Source: an uncultured Alphaproteobacteria bacterium (GTDB lineage Bacteria > Pseudomonadota > Alphaproteobacteria > Rhizobiales > Beijerinckiaceae). Taken from it: a stretch of DNA of 64,000 bases. The stretch covers positions 136,039-200,038 of the forward strand of contig CAVYFP010000019.1 of assembly GCA_963767805.1 (NCBI GenBank). The letters are read 5' to 3'. This document shows, piece after piece, positions 25,440-35,716 of this stretch. The position numbers and the translations under genes are program-made. The stretch's first letter is position 1. The number at the start of each line of letters is the position of its first letter. Below the pieces are notes generated by a model that was given only the letters and a program-made list of their open reading frames with translations, did not search any database and was not told the origin of the DNA.

Positions 25440-26012
25440 ATGACAATGCCCAATGCGTTCGAACTGCCGCCCGATCTGCCCCGCCCCGTCGATGACGGCG
25501 CCTGCCGCCATCTGGCGGGGATGCGGCTGCCGGCGCTGCGCCTGGCTTCGACGGCTGGCCGACTGGTCGATCTCGCCGCCCTGCCCGCTCGCCGCACGGT
25601 GATTTATTGCTACCCGATGACGGGCGCGCCCGGCGTCGCTTTGCCGGAAGACTGGGATCTCATTCCCGGCGCGCGCGGCTGCACGCCGCAAGCTTGCGGC
25701 TTTCGCGATCACGCCGCCGAACTGGCGGGGCTTGGCGCCGCCGTCTTTGGCCTCTCGACGCAATCAACTGACTATCAGCGCGAGATGGCCGAACGCCTGC
25801 ATCTGCCCTTTGAAGTCTTGAGCGACGCCGGCTTCGCATTCACAAACGCCCTGCGCCTGCCGACCTTTGAGGCCGCCGGCCAGCGGCTGATCAGGCGCCT
25901 GACGTTGATCGTGCGCGAGGGCGCGATCGAGCATGTGTTCTATCCGGTGTTTCCGCCGGACGAGAGCGCCGCCGAGGTCGCGCGCTGGCTGCGCGCGCAT
26001 CCCGCCGGTTGA
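25440..26012 (+). CDS. Peroxiredoxin (AhpC/TSA/redoxin family)
   Basis: YCYPMTG.PG...P..WD.IPGARGCTPQAC motif, VFYPVFPPD. Confidence 0.9.
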   Translation: MTMPNAFELPPDLPRPVDDGACRHLAGMRLPALRLASTAGRLVDLAALPARRTVIYCYPMTGAPGVALPEDWDLIPGARGCTPQACGFRDHAAELAGLGAAVFGLSTQSTDYQREMAERLHLPFEVLSDAGFAFTNALRLPTFEAAGQRLIRRLTLIVREGAIEHVFYPVFPPDESAAEVARWLRAHPAG

Positions 26013-26033
26013 TTTCGTCCTGCCGCCCCCGGG

Positions 26034-26819
26034 TCAGGGGTCGCCGCCGCCGTCCGCCAGCGCAGCGGAGAGCGCCTCCGGGCCGACCTTCACCGTGCCG
26101 GCGAAGGGATGGTCGATTGCGACGATGACCACCAGCCCGGCAAATATAAGGGCGCAGAGCGCGGCGGTCATCGCGGTTTGCGCGAACAGATTTTCCACCG
26201 CGAAAAAGAAGGTGAAGGCGACGGTCAGGATGGCGCCGCCGAACAGAACTTCCCAGACGATTTCCGGCACGATGCCGGACGCCAGAACGATCCGGCTTCG
26301 GCGCGCCTGCATCATCCTGTCGAGCTGGTTCAGCGACTCAGCAAGCAGCTCCGGACCACCAAGGTCGGTCGGCCTGTAGGTCATGAGCGCAGCGTATACG
26401 GATTTGACGGCGCGCGTCGCAACCGGGCTCGCTTGGCCCCGCTCCATCGCCGGCCAATCGTCCCTGACCGCCGCCTGCAGATAGTTCGTCAACGCGTCGC
26501 GAATGGCGGCGCCCGGCTTTCCGCCAATGCCGTCAGTCAGTTGATAGAGCGTCGCCGCGGCGCCCGCCTCCTGCGAGACGCCATTGTCGGCGTCGCTGAA
26601 TTTCCCCCAGACGATGATCACGGCGAAGCCCAGCAACACCGCGTAGACGGCGCCTATGGTGTTGAATTTGAAGCCAGCGACCTGATTGTTGGTGCTGAGT
26701 TTTTCCAGCGCCACGAAGCGGCGCACGAAAATCGGCCCGATCATCGAAAGAAGCACTGGCAACACGAAAAGAACAAGGATGATGAACCACAAGGATTGCG
26801 TGGCCAGCGTCGCCAACAT
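26034..26819 (-). CDS. DUF4239 (bestrophin-like) membrane protein, copy B
   Basis: GGAGG RBS plus ATG at 26819; IGAVYAVLLGFAVIIVW, ARRSRI, IDHPFAG.V.V.PE. Confidence 0.8.
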   Translation of the reverse strand: MLATLATQSLWFIILVLFVLPVLLSMIGPIFVRRFVALEKLSTNNQVAGFKFNTIGAVYAVLLGFAVIIVWGKFSDADNGVSQEAGAAATLYQLTDGIGGKPGAAIRDALTNYLQAAVRDDWPAMERGQASPVATRAVKSVYAALMTYRPTDLGGPELLAESLNQLDRMMQARRSRIVLASGIVPEIVWEVLFGGAILTVAFTFFFAVENLFAQTAMTAALCALIFAGLVVIVAIDHPFAGTVKVGPEALSAALADGGGDP

Positions 26820-26964
26820 AGCCGCCTCCCATGAACCGAACGAGGAAAAGCGAACGCTCATTTCCTTCCAGCTCGAAATGAATGAATTCGATTGCGTTAT
26901 TCGGGACCGGGCCGAAGCAGATGAACGCACCGCGATCCACGATATTGATCGCTGTCATTCGACT

Positions 26965-27768
26965 CTATCGCAGGCCGGCTTCCGCTTCCTCCAGCACCCG
27001 CGAAAGCGGCTCGGGACCAACCTTCACCGAGCCGGCGAAGGGATGGTCGATGGTCACGATGACGAGCAGCCCGGAGAAGATGATGGCTGTCAGCGCACCC
27101 GACATCGCCGTCTGCGCGCGCAGACTTTTAGCGCCAAAAAGGAACGAGAAGGCGACGGTGACAATCGCGCCGCCGAACAGCACGAACCAGATGATGCCGG
27201 GAACGACGCCGGACGCCAGCACTAGCCTGCTGCGGCGCGCCTGTGTCAGCTGGTCGAGTTGGCCGAGCACTTCCGTCATTAGAGCCACGCCGCGCCGGTC
27301 GGTCGGGTCATATTCCAACAGCGAGGCGTAGGCCGCGTCGAGGGCGTGCGTCGTGGTGGGGCTCGCCCGGCCCGACTTCTCCATTGCTGGCCAGTCGTCC
27401 TCAACCGCCGCCTTGAGATAATTGGACAACGCGTCATGGAGGTTGGCGCCATGTTCCCCGCCGATGCCGCCGATGAGCCGGTAGATGGTGACGGCGGCGC
27501 CCGCCTCGCGCCCGACGCCTTTCTCGGCGTCGTTGAATCTCTCCCAGACGACAACGACGGCGAAGGCGAGCAGCACCGCATAGAGAACGCCGACAGTCGC
27601 GAAGTTGAATCCGGCGACCTCATTGTTCTCGCGCAGCGTCTCGAATGGGACGTTTCGCCGAATGAGAATCGTCACGCCGATCGCGATGATGACGGGCAGA
27701 ACGACGACGATGAGGCCCGAAAGCCACAAAGGCAGCATCGTCAGGACGATCACCGGCCCAACTCCCAC
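26965..27768 (-). CDS. DUF4239 (bestrophin-like) membrane protein, copy A
   Basis: VGVLYAVLLAFAVVVVW, ARRSRL, IDHPFAGSVKVGPEP; clear paralogue of copy B. Confidence 0.8.
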   Translation of the reverse strand: MGVGPVIVLTMLPLWLSGLIVVVLPVIIAIGVTILIRRNVPFETLRENNEVAGFNFATVGVLYAVLLAFAVVVVWERFNDAEKGVGREAGAAVTIYRLIGGIGGEHGANLHDALSNYLKAAVEDDWPAMEKSGRASPTTTHALDAAYASLLEYDPTDRRGVALMTEVLGQLDQLTQARRSRLVLASGVVPGIIWFVLFGGAIVTVAFSFLFGAKSLRAQTAMSGALTAIIFSGLLVIVTIDHPFAGSVKVGPEPLSRVLEEAEAGLR

Positions 27769-27769
27769 G

Positions 27770-28090
27770 CTACTGGCCTTTGCCCCAGGCCAGCTTTATC
27801 CTGAACTCGGGCGAAGCGCCCGCCGGAACGATCCATAGATCGCATTCCTGGCTCAGCGTCGCGCCGAATTCGATTTCAACTTTTTCCGGCCGGTTTGGCA
27901 GCGCGGCGATCGACGCCTCGAACGCTTTCACGATTTCGCCGACCGAACTGAGCCCAGCGATGAACTCCTCGGCGCTCGCGCGCGTGAAGCCGTCGGAAAG
28001 TCCGACGGCTGGCGACCCCTCTACCGGCGCGCCGCCGAAAAGCACGATTTTTCCATCAAGAATATCCACGATAATGCGCGCCGACATCAT
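27770..28090 (-). CDS. Trypco1 / CU044_2847-like small protein
   Basis: P..VEIEFG..LS.E....I...G....F.I.L.W C-terminal pattern typical of the trypsin-co-occurring domain 1. Confidence 0.7.
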   Translation of the reverse strand: MMSARIIVDILDGKIVLFGGAPVEGSPAVGLSDGFTRASAEEFIAGLSSVGEIVKAFEASIAALPNRPEKVEIEFGATLSQECDLWIVPAGASPEFRIKLAWGKGQ

Positions 28091-28105
28091 TCTCTCTCCG
28101 TCATC

Positions 28106-29083
28106 TCAACGCCGTCCGGCCAGCCGCGCGACGAGTTTCTCGTAAAGCGGATTGGCGGCCGAAAATACATAGTCGAGCGCTGCGACGCTGACATGATCGG
28201 CGCCCTGCGCGATCAGCCAGTCGGCGAGCGGCGCGACCTTGTCGAGCGGACAATTCAGCGTCAGGCGTCCATCCGCCATGCGATGGCGCAACCGCGCGGA
28301 AAATTGCGTCTCCGCCTCCGCGATCAGCGCCGCCGCCGGATTGGCGAGCACGGTCGAAACCTCCCGCGTCGTGCGCGCTTCTTCTTCGGCGGCGATGCGC
28401 GAGAGGATCGCGCGCGCGCTCTCGCGCGTCGATTCGCTCCAGTAGGCGCTGAGCGAGGCGACGAGATTGGCCTGCGAGCGCAGGATCACGCCATCATCGA
28501 GAATCTTCAGCGCATTGGCGGCCAGCGTCGCGCCGGTGGTGGTGATGTCGACGATGAGCTCGGCCTGCCCCGCTGCGGGTGCGCCTTCGGTCGCCCCGGA
28601 GCTTTCGACGATGCGATAGTCGCTGATATGCATCTTGGCGAAGAAGCGCCGCGTCAGATTGATGTATTTGGTGGCGACGCGCATGCGTTCGCCGCGCCGC
28701 GCCCGGAAGCTCGCCGCGACATCCTCAAGATCGGCCATGGTGCGCACGTCGATCCACGCGCGGGGCGCTGCGACCACCACATTGGCGCCGCCAAATCCGA
28801 GCGGCGTCAACAGCGCCACTTTCGCGTCGGCGTCGGCCAGTGTCTCGCGCACGAGATCCTCGCCGGTGACGCCCATGTGGACATGGCCGCTGGCGAGCTG
28901 CGCGACGATGTCGGACGCCGACAGAAAGGCGATCTCGACGTCTTTCAGGCCGACGAGCTGGCCGCGGTAATCGCGCGCGCCGCGCCCCTGCACGAATTCG
29001 AGCCCGGCGCGCGCGAAGAAGGCCGCCGCATTTTCCTGCAGGCGCCCTTTCGACGGCACGGCGAGGACCAGCGTGTCGCTCAT
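28106..29083 (-). CDS. hisG: ATP phosphoribosyltransferase
   Basis: [40 protein letters not shown]. Confidence 0.95.
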   Translation of the reverse strand: MSDTLVLAVPSKGRLQENAAAFFARAGLEFVQGRGARDYRGQLVGLKDVEIAFLSASDIVAQLASGHVHMGVTGEDLVRETLADADAKVALLTPLGFGGANVVVAAPRAWIDVRTMADLEDVAASFRARRGERMRVATKYINLTRRFFAKMHISDYRIVESSGATEGAPAAGQAELIVDITTTGATLAANALKILDDGVILRSQANLVASLSAYWSESTRESARAILSRIAAEEEARTTREVSTVLANPAAALIAEAETQFSARLRHRMADGRLTLNCPLDKVAPLADWLIAQGADHVSVAALDYVFSAANPLYEKLVARLAGRR

Positions 29084-30219
29084 GCGCCCTGTCCCTCCGC
29101 GTCGGCAGGCTCGCCGAGACGATCGACCCAGATCGACGCGCCGACGGCGGGAGCAGCGCGATCGGCGCCGAGCGTCTGCAACAGCTGGTCGTAGCGCCCG
29201 CCCGCGACGATGGGTTTTTGATCGGGCCGCGCGCGGTCATGCGCCTCGAACACGAAGCCTGTGTAATAATCGAGATCGCGCGTGAAGCTCGCCTCGAAGC
29301 GCAGCGCCGCGACATCGAAGCCGAGCGCGGCGATGAAGCCGATCCGCGTGTCGAGCGCGTCCAGCGGCGCGGTGAGATCGAGGCCGGCCTCGCTCGCGAG
29401 CTGGCGCAATTGCGCCGAGGCCGCGTCGGGTTCGCCCTCGATGCGCAGGAAGCGCTCGATGATCCTCATCTTTTCGGCCGACACGCCGACGCCGCTCCTC
29501 AACGCCGCCTGCTCCATGAAGCGGTCGGCGATCTCGCCCGCCGTGCGTCCGCCGACCGTCGCGATTCCCGCGATCGAGAGAAGATCCTCGACGAAGGCGC
29601 GCGCGCCCTGCTTGTCGGCCCCCTCCAGCATGCCGAGCACGCCGGAATGATCGCGCCCGGCGCCATTGCGGGAGGCGTTGAGGATCGCCGCGACCGGCTT
29701 GCCCTGGCCGTGGCCGCGCGCGATGCGGCGGCGCCATTCGGGCGCGAGATCGAGCGCCGTGAGCAGCGCCGAGAACAGCCCGGCGTCGCCAATGCGCACG
29801 CTCAGATCGAGATTATGGGCGATCGCCGCGGCATCGAGCGCGAGGGTCAGGATCTCGGCATCCGCCGCCTCAAGGTCGCGGCGCCCGAAACTCTCGACGC
29901 CGGCCTGCGTGAATTCGCAGCGCTGGCCGGCGGCGTAACGGAACACCGGGCCGCAATAGGAATAGGCGGCGATCCGCCCGGCCTCGCCCGAGGCGAGATA
30001 ATGCCGCGAAACGGGAATGGTGTATTCCGGCCGCAGGCAATACTCCGCGCCCGAGAGATCGCTCGTGAGGTAGAGCTGGCCGCGCAGATCCTCGCCGGAA
30101 TCGAAGAAGATGGAGGCTGGCTGCAGGATCGCCGGCTCGCAACGCGCATAGCCCGCATGGATGAGATGCGTCGCGACGGCGTCGGCGGGTGTTGGAACAT
30201 GCGTCACGGCGCGGCTCAT
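29080..30219 (-). CDS. hisZ: ATP phosphoribosyltransferase regulatory subunit
   Basis: [40 protein letters not shown]; overlaps hisG. Confidence 0.92.
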   Translation of the reverse strand: MSRAVTHVPTPADAVATHLIHAGYARCEPAILQPASIFFDSGEDLRGQLYLTSDLSGAEYCLRPEYTIPVSRHYLASGEAGRIAAYSYCGPVFRYAAGQRCEFTQAGVESFGRRDLEAADAEILTLALDAAAIAHNLDLSVRIGDAGLFSALLTALDLAPEWRRRIARGHGQGKPVAAILNASRNGAGRDHSGVLGMLEGADKQGARAFVEDLLSIAGIATVGGRTAGEIADRFMEQAALRSGVGVSAEKMRIIERFLRIEGEPDAASAQLRQLASEAGLDLTAPLDALDTRIGFIAALGFDVAALRFEASFTRDLDYYTGFVFEAHDRARPDQKPIVAGGRYDQLLQTLGADRAAPAVGASIWVDRLGEPADAEGQGA

Positions 30220-30386
30220 GGCGGTTCGGAATCGGCGTTTTCAGCCTGACGACAGCTGTTTAGCAGGCGAAAGCTTGAGCCGCGACAGGTTTCGCTGGGA
30301 AAAGTGAACGGGGGATGAGCCGCCGACCAGCTGCCCTCGATCGCCCGGGATCGGAACCAGCCATTCAACTCATGGCTGGCATTATT

Positions 30387-30479
30387 GGCGAGGCGGACTC
30401 GATCCTGTCAAGGATGCGAGCTTCGCTCGCACCGGCGAAACCGGCGCTGCGCGTCCTTGACAGGATCGATCCGCTCGCC
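30387..30479. repeat. Branched palindromic (REP/MITE-like) element between hisS and hisZ
   Basis: 16-bp perfect inverted repeat TCGATCCTGTCAAGGA (30399-30414 / 30454-30469), outer arms GGCGAG(G)CGGA, two inner hairpins. Confidence 0.7.
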
Positions 30480-30541
30480 ACGCTCGCCGCCAGAGATGAA
30501 TGCCGAAGTCCGCAAAAAAGTCCCAGAGGAGCGTGGCCCAA

Positions 30542-32105
30542 TCAGCTCTGGTGGCGATCGAGAACCTCGCGCACCGCTGCGACCAACACCGCCTCGGAAA
30601 CCGCGAATTGCGCTTTGGCGCGTAGTTCAAGGTAATCCGCGCGGTCCTTCGTCGAGGCGGCCAGTTCGGCGCCAAGCACGAGATCGCGGATCGCCACTTC
30701 GCCCTTGTCGCGTTCGTTCGACCCCTGAATGACCGCGCAGACCGAGCCCCGCTTGTCGGCGTATTTCAGCTGCGCGTTCATGCCGGATTGGCCGAGATAG
30801 AGCTCGGCCCGGATGTTTTCCGCCCGCAGCGCGGCGACGAAGCCCTGGTAGCGCGGCAGCTGATCCTTATCGAGCGCCAGCACGATCACCGGGCCGCGCG
30901 GCGGCTTCGCGCTGACGACATGCGAGCCGACCGCCTTCAGCGCCGCATAGAGGCGCGAGACGCCGATGGAGAAGCCGGTCGCCGGGACATTCTCGCCGCG
31001 AAAGCGCCCGACGAGCCCATCGTAGCGCCCGCCGCCGCCGACCGAGCCGAAGCGGATCGGCTTGCCGTCGTCGCCTTCGACCTCGAAGGTGAGTTCGGCC
31101 TCGAACACGGGGCCCGTGTAATATTCGAGGCCGCGCACGACGGAGGGGTCGATCACGACCCGGCCGTCACCATAGCCCGCCGCATCGACAAGCGTGGCGA
31201 TTTCCCTGAGTTCGTCCAGTCCGCACTGAAACGCCTCATTTTCCGGAAACACCTGCCGGATTTTTTGCACTGTTCTGAGATTGTTGGCGTCGCGCGCATC
31301 GGCCCCATCGCCGACGCCGCCATTGACGAAGGCGAGAAGCGGGCGGATCTGACCCTCATCGAGGCCTGCGCCCTTCGTGAAATCGCCGCTCTCATCCTTG
31401 CGCCCCGGCCCGAGCAACAGCGCGACGCCCTCCGGCCCGAGCCGGTCCAGCTTGTCGATCGCCCGCAGCACCGTCAGCCGCCGCCCGGCGTTCTCCTCGC
31501 CGCCGAGCCCGATCGCCTCGAGCACGCCGTCCAGCACCTTGCGGTTATTCACCTTGATGACATAGCCGCCGCGCGGGACGCCGAGCCGCTCCAGCGTATC
31601 GGCCGCCATCATGCACATCTCGGCGTCGGCGGCGACGCTCGCCGCGCCCACCGTATCGGCGTCGAACTGCATGAACTGGCGGAACCGTCCCGGCCCCGGC
31701 TTTTCATTGCGAAAGACATAGCCGGCGCGATAACTGCGGTAGGGCTTCGGCAATTTGTCGAAATTCTCGGCGACATAGCGCGCCAGCGGCGCGGTCAGGT
31801 CGTAGCGCAGCGACAGCCAGCTTCCTTCGCGATCTCGCTGTTGCGATAGATCGCCAGCGACGTCATCGTCCCGGAATGAAAACACGCCCTCATTCGGCCG
31901 GTCGAGATCGGGCAGGAATTTGCCCAGAGCGTCGGTGAACTCGATGAACGGCGTCTCGACCGCCTCGAAGCCATAAAGCTCGTAAGAGCTCCCGGATCGC
32001 CGCGAGCATTCTTTCGGTCGCGGCGATCTCCGCTGGCCCGCGGTCGGCCAGCCCGCGCGGCAGCCTGGCGCTCGCGCGCGGCGCATTTTTCGTCTCGTCG
32101 TTCAT
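30542..32105 (-). CDS. hisS: Histidine--tRNA ligase, frameshifted near 31988
   Basis: N-terminal [10 protein letters not shown] in one frame; [45 protein letters not shown] in the next. Confidence 0.93.
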
Positions 32106-32250
32106 TAAATCCTCGTAACGGTGCTGCTTCTTACGAGGCGCGACGCGCTGCGGCAAGGGAGCGCGCGCGTCCGCCCCCTTGGCGGGGGTGGAATCAGCGC
32201 TATTTATGAGGCGGCGCACGCCTGCGCCATATTTTTCACCGGAGAAGGCT

Positions 32251-33072
32251 ATGTCACCCGAGGAACGTCAGTTGCTCCAAGGCCTGTTCGAGCGCATCCA
32301 GAACGCCGGCGCCGCGCCGCGCGACAAGGACGCCGAGGCCTTCATAGGGGACGCCGTCAAGGCGCTGCCCTATGCGCCCTATCTCCTGGCCCAGACGGTC
32401 ATCGTGCAGGATCAGGCGTTGCGCGCCGCCAATGACCGCCTGCAGCAGCTTGAAGCGCAGGTGCGCGATCTCGAACAGCAGGCGCAGCCGCAGCAAGCCG
32501 GCGCCGGCGGATTTTTGGGCGGCCTCGGCTCGCTGTTCGGCGGCGCCCCGCCGCCGCCGCCCCGCGCGCCTTCGCCCGGCTGGAACCAGCAGCCCCAGCA
32601 GGGCGGCTGGCAGCAGCCGCCGCAGCCGGGTTACGGCCAGCAGCCCGGCCCATGGGGGGCGCCGCAGAGCGGACCCCAGGGCAGTCCAATGGGAGGACCC
32701 GGCGGCGGCTTTGGCGGCGGTCCCTTCGGTGGCGGCGGCTTTGGCGGCCCTTCTCAGGGCGGCGGCTTCCTCAAGGGGGCCCTTGGCGCGGCGGCTGGCG
32801 TCGCCGGCGGCGTGCTTCTCGCCGATTCGATCAAGGGGCTGTTCGGCGGCCATAATAATTCGCTTGGCATCGGCGCCGGCGTGCCGGGCATCGATCAGGG
32901 CCTCGCCGGCCTTGGCGGCGGCCGGGAAACCGTCGTCAATAATTATTACGGCGACGACGCGCTGCGCCAGCAGGACGCCCAGCAGGACGCGGATCAAGAT
33001 CAGGACGACGCGCAGGACGCCGCCGATTACGGCTCGGATTTCAGCGGCGACGACGGCAGCACGGACGTCTGA
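32251..33072 (+). CDS. DUF2076 family glycine-rich protein
   Basis: MSPEERQLL..LFERI, PYAPYLLAQTVIVQ, GGFLKGALGAAAGVAGGVLL, acidic tail. Confidence 0.9.
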   Translation: MSPEERQLLQGLFERIQNAGAAPRDKDAEAFIGDAVKALPYAPYLLAQTVIVQDQALRAANDRLQQLEAQVRDLEQQAQPQQAGAGGFLGGLGSLFGGAPPPPPRAPSPGWNQQPQQGGWQQPPQPGYGQQPGPWGAPQSGPQGSPMGGPGGGFGGGPFGGGGFGGPSQGGGFLKGALGAAAGVAGGVLLADSIKGLFGGHNNSLGIGAGVPGIDQGLAGLGGGRETVVNNYYGDDALRQQDAQQDADQDQDDAQDAADYGSDFSGDDGSTDV

Positions 33073-33852
33073 TCAGCGCGCCGGAAGCGTTGCGGCCGGG
33101 GAACCCCGGCCGCGCGCCGAGAATCGCCGCGCTCGCGCGGCGTGAAGCTGAAACGCCGAAGCCGCGGTTCGATTGCCCCACTATTATTTCCTTACAGGCA
33201 AAATATTTCCATATTAGGCAGTGAGCCGGCCGGCGCGCTCATGTCTTTTGTTCGTATCCCATTGTAAATTGTAGAATTTCAAAAAATTTTTGATTTTGCT
33301 ATATTCGAAATGCTATATGGGCGCGGCGCAATCGGCCACGAACATCGCGCACCTCGACCCCGTCAGCCCGCGCGGCGGCGCGGAACGAACGCGTGAAGAG
33401 GTCGAAGATATTGATCAAACCCGCGCCTGAAGTTTAGATTTCATAATTGTAGTTTGCGATGCGCCTTCTTCCCGCTAATTCGCGACTGGCCTCGCGCATG
33501 GGTGACGCGCAATTGTCGAAGTTGAATGTCGACGCCCCCTGGCAATCGCCGCTGCGCATTGCCGACCGACGGGACGCGCCGAGGGAGAAAATGGATATAC
33601 AAATGATCGCCCTGATTGCCGGAACGGCGCCCCGTCAACCGCCGCTTCGGTCCGTCGCCAGCCGCGCTCCTTCGCGCCGCGACTCGTTGGGCTCGTGGCG
33701 GAGCCATCCATCCGCGAGCGCGCTCGGCCTGCTTCGGACGGTCGCCGGATTGGTCTCCTCCCCTGCCAAATGCGCGAAGCGATGACCGACATCATCCCGG
33801 GCCCCGTTACGATTTTGGAGCGGCGCGCTTACGCAATATCTGGAGTTCCGGC

Positions 33853-35573
33853 ATGATTTCGGTCGTCCTGTACGGCAGGAACGACAATTACGGTTATAAT
33901 CTGCATAAGCGGGCCGCGCTCAGCCTGAATTGCATAGCCGAAGTGCTGTCGGATCCCGCGGACGAGATTTTATTCGTCGATTACAATACGCCCGACGACT
34001 GCCCGACCTTTCCGGAGGCCATTCAGGATACGCTCACGCCGCGCGCGAAGGAAATCTTGCGCATCCTGAGGGTCCGGCCACGGATTCACCGCCGCTTTGC
34101 GAAACGGACGCACCTTCTCGCGCTGGAGCCGATCGCCCGCAATGTCGCGGTGAGGCGCTCCAACCCGGCGAACCGCTGGATCCTGTCCACCAACACCGAC
34201 ATGATCTTCACGCCCCGGTCTCGCGCTTCGCTTTCGACGATCGTCAAGGATCTGCCCAAGGGATTTTATCACATCCCGCGTTTCGAGATTCCGGAGACGC
34301 TATGGGAAACCTTCGACCGGATGGACCCGGCGAAAACAATCGAACTCGGTCAGCGCGTGGGGACGCGCGGCGCATCTCAATGAAATCGTCTTCGGCGCGC
34401 CAACCATAAAATATGACGCGCCCGGCGATTTTCAGCTGATCGAGCGAGATGATTTGTTTCGACTTAAAGGTTTTGACGAGAACATGCTTCTCGGTTGGCA
34501 TGTGGACGCGAATATGGCCAAGCGTCTGCATCTGATCTACGGGGAAGTTGGCGATCTCGTCGATGAACTATTCGGCTACCATTGCGACCACACGCGCCAG
34601 GTCACCCCGATGCACAGCGCGAACCGCGTGGAAAACAGCATCGGCGATTTCATTGATCGCGTTAACGTAGCTCAAAAAAAGGATCAGGCCGAGACGTGGG
34701 GTTGCTCCGAAGACGAGATCGAAGAAATCCGGTTAAACCACACGCGAAATTCTTGCTATCTGGACGCCATGAAGGCGGTCATCAAGACCGAGATGGCGAT
34801 CCCGACCTATGCGCGCTACACGGATGACTCCTATGATTCCGTCACCTATGACGCGCGCCATGTGCTGCCGTTTCTCGCCGACATTTTCATCAATGCGGCG
34901 CCGGGCTCCAGGATCGCGTGGATCGGCGGTGGCCGGGACATGTTTTTGGCCTTTTCCGCCTTCTGGAACGAAATGCGTTTCGGCGGCGAGCTTCTGATAG
35001 AGCGCCAATTCGCCCGTCAATTCAGCGGCGGGGAAATTCGCGACGCCAGGGTGGCGGATCTCGATCACCTCCTTCGGGAAGCCGAATTCCTTCGTTTTTG
35101 ATTTCGCTCTCAAAGGCGCAGGAACGACCGCGCCAATGGACGGTTCGTCGTCCGGGGAGGCTGAAGGCGAGGTTTCATCGATAAGATCGATGTTTCTCGA
35201 CGTCGTCGCCGAAGAGCGCGAACGATTCTTAGCGGGCAGGCCGCTGCGACGCCTGGTGTGCGTCAATGCGATCCACAATAGTTTTGAGTATCTCGTCAAT
35301 TCGAAGGTCGGCGTGACGCGGACGCCATTCAGTTCCCGCATTCGGCAGGGCTTCGTACTCCCTCCCGAAGCCGACCCTTTCATCATCGCGTGCGCGCGTT
35401 TCCTGCATTTCCCAATTTTGAAGCCTTTCGCCGAGTTTCTATGCACGGTCGGCCGCGCGCTCGGCGACGATCGGATTCATGAGGCCGGCGTGCAATTGTG
35501 GAACTATCGCCACGACCCAAAGATAAATCGGCGGCCCGATCGACCCGCATTTCATTTCAGGACGTGGTTATAG
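33853..35573 (+). CDS. Uncharacterised GT-A-fold-like protein (about 570 aa), two frameshifts (near 34355 and 35095)
   Basis: SVVLYGRNDNYG start, ILFVDYN, STNTDMIF, GDFQL...GFDENMLLGW(H)VD; three consecutive ORF pieces join by single-base shifts. Confidence 0.65.
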
Positions 35574-35716
35574 CGCGGCGCTGTCCGACCACGAGCGTCA
35601 GATCCCAAAATCCGGATTGGAGGCGCAATCCATGCGGGGCGATGGCGCGGCGCGAAACGGCCACCATCGCCGATTCCCGCCGCAATGTCCAAACGACAAG
35701 AGGCGAAACCGCCGAG

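Noticed and set aside
26820-26964. Possible 40-codon ORF between the two DUF4239 genes
   Set aside because: No RBS or motif, and it runs out of frame into copy B; cannot be distinguished from spacer DNA.
32500-33072. Gly/Gln/Pro-rich and QDA(D) repeats in DUF2076, and the GGM tail of GroEL (near 22400)
   Set aside because: Normal low-complexity features of these families.
33160-33185. GGTTCGATT T-loop-like string (similar strings near 36988 and 60588)
   Set aside because: No acceptor stem or cloverleaf can be built, so these are not tRNAs.
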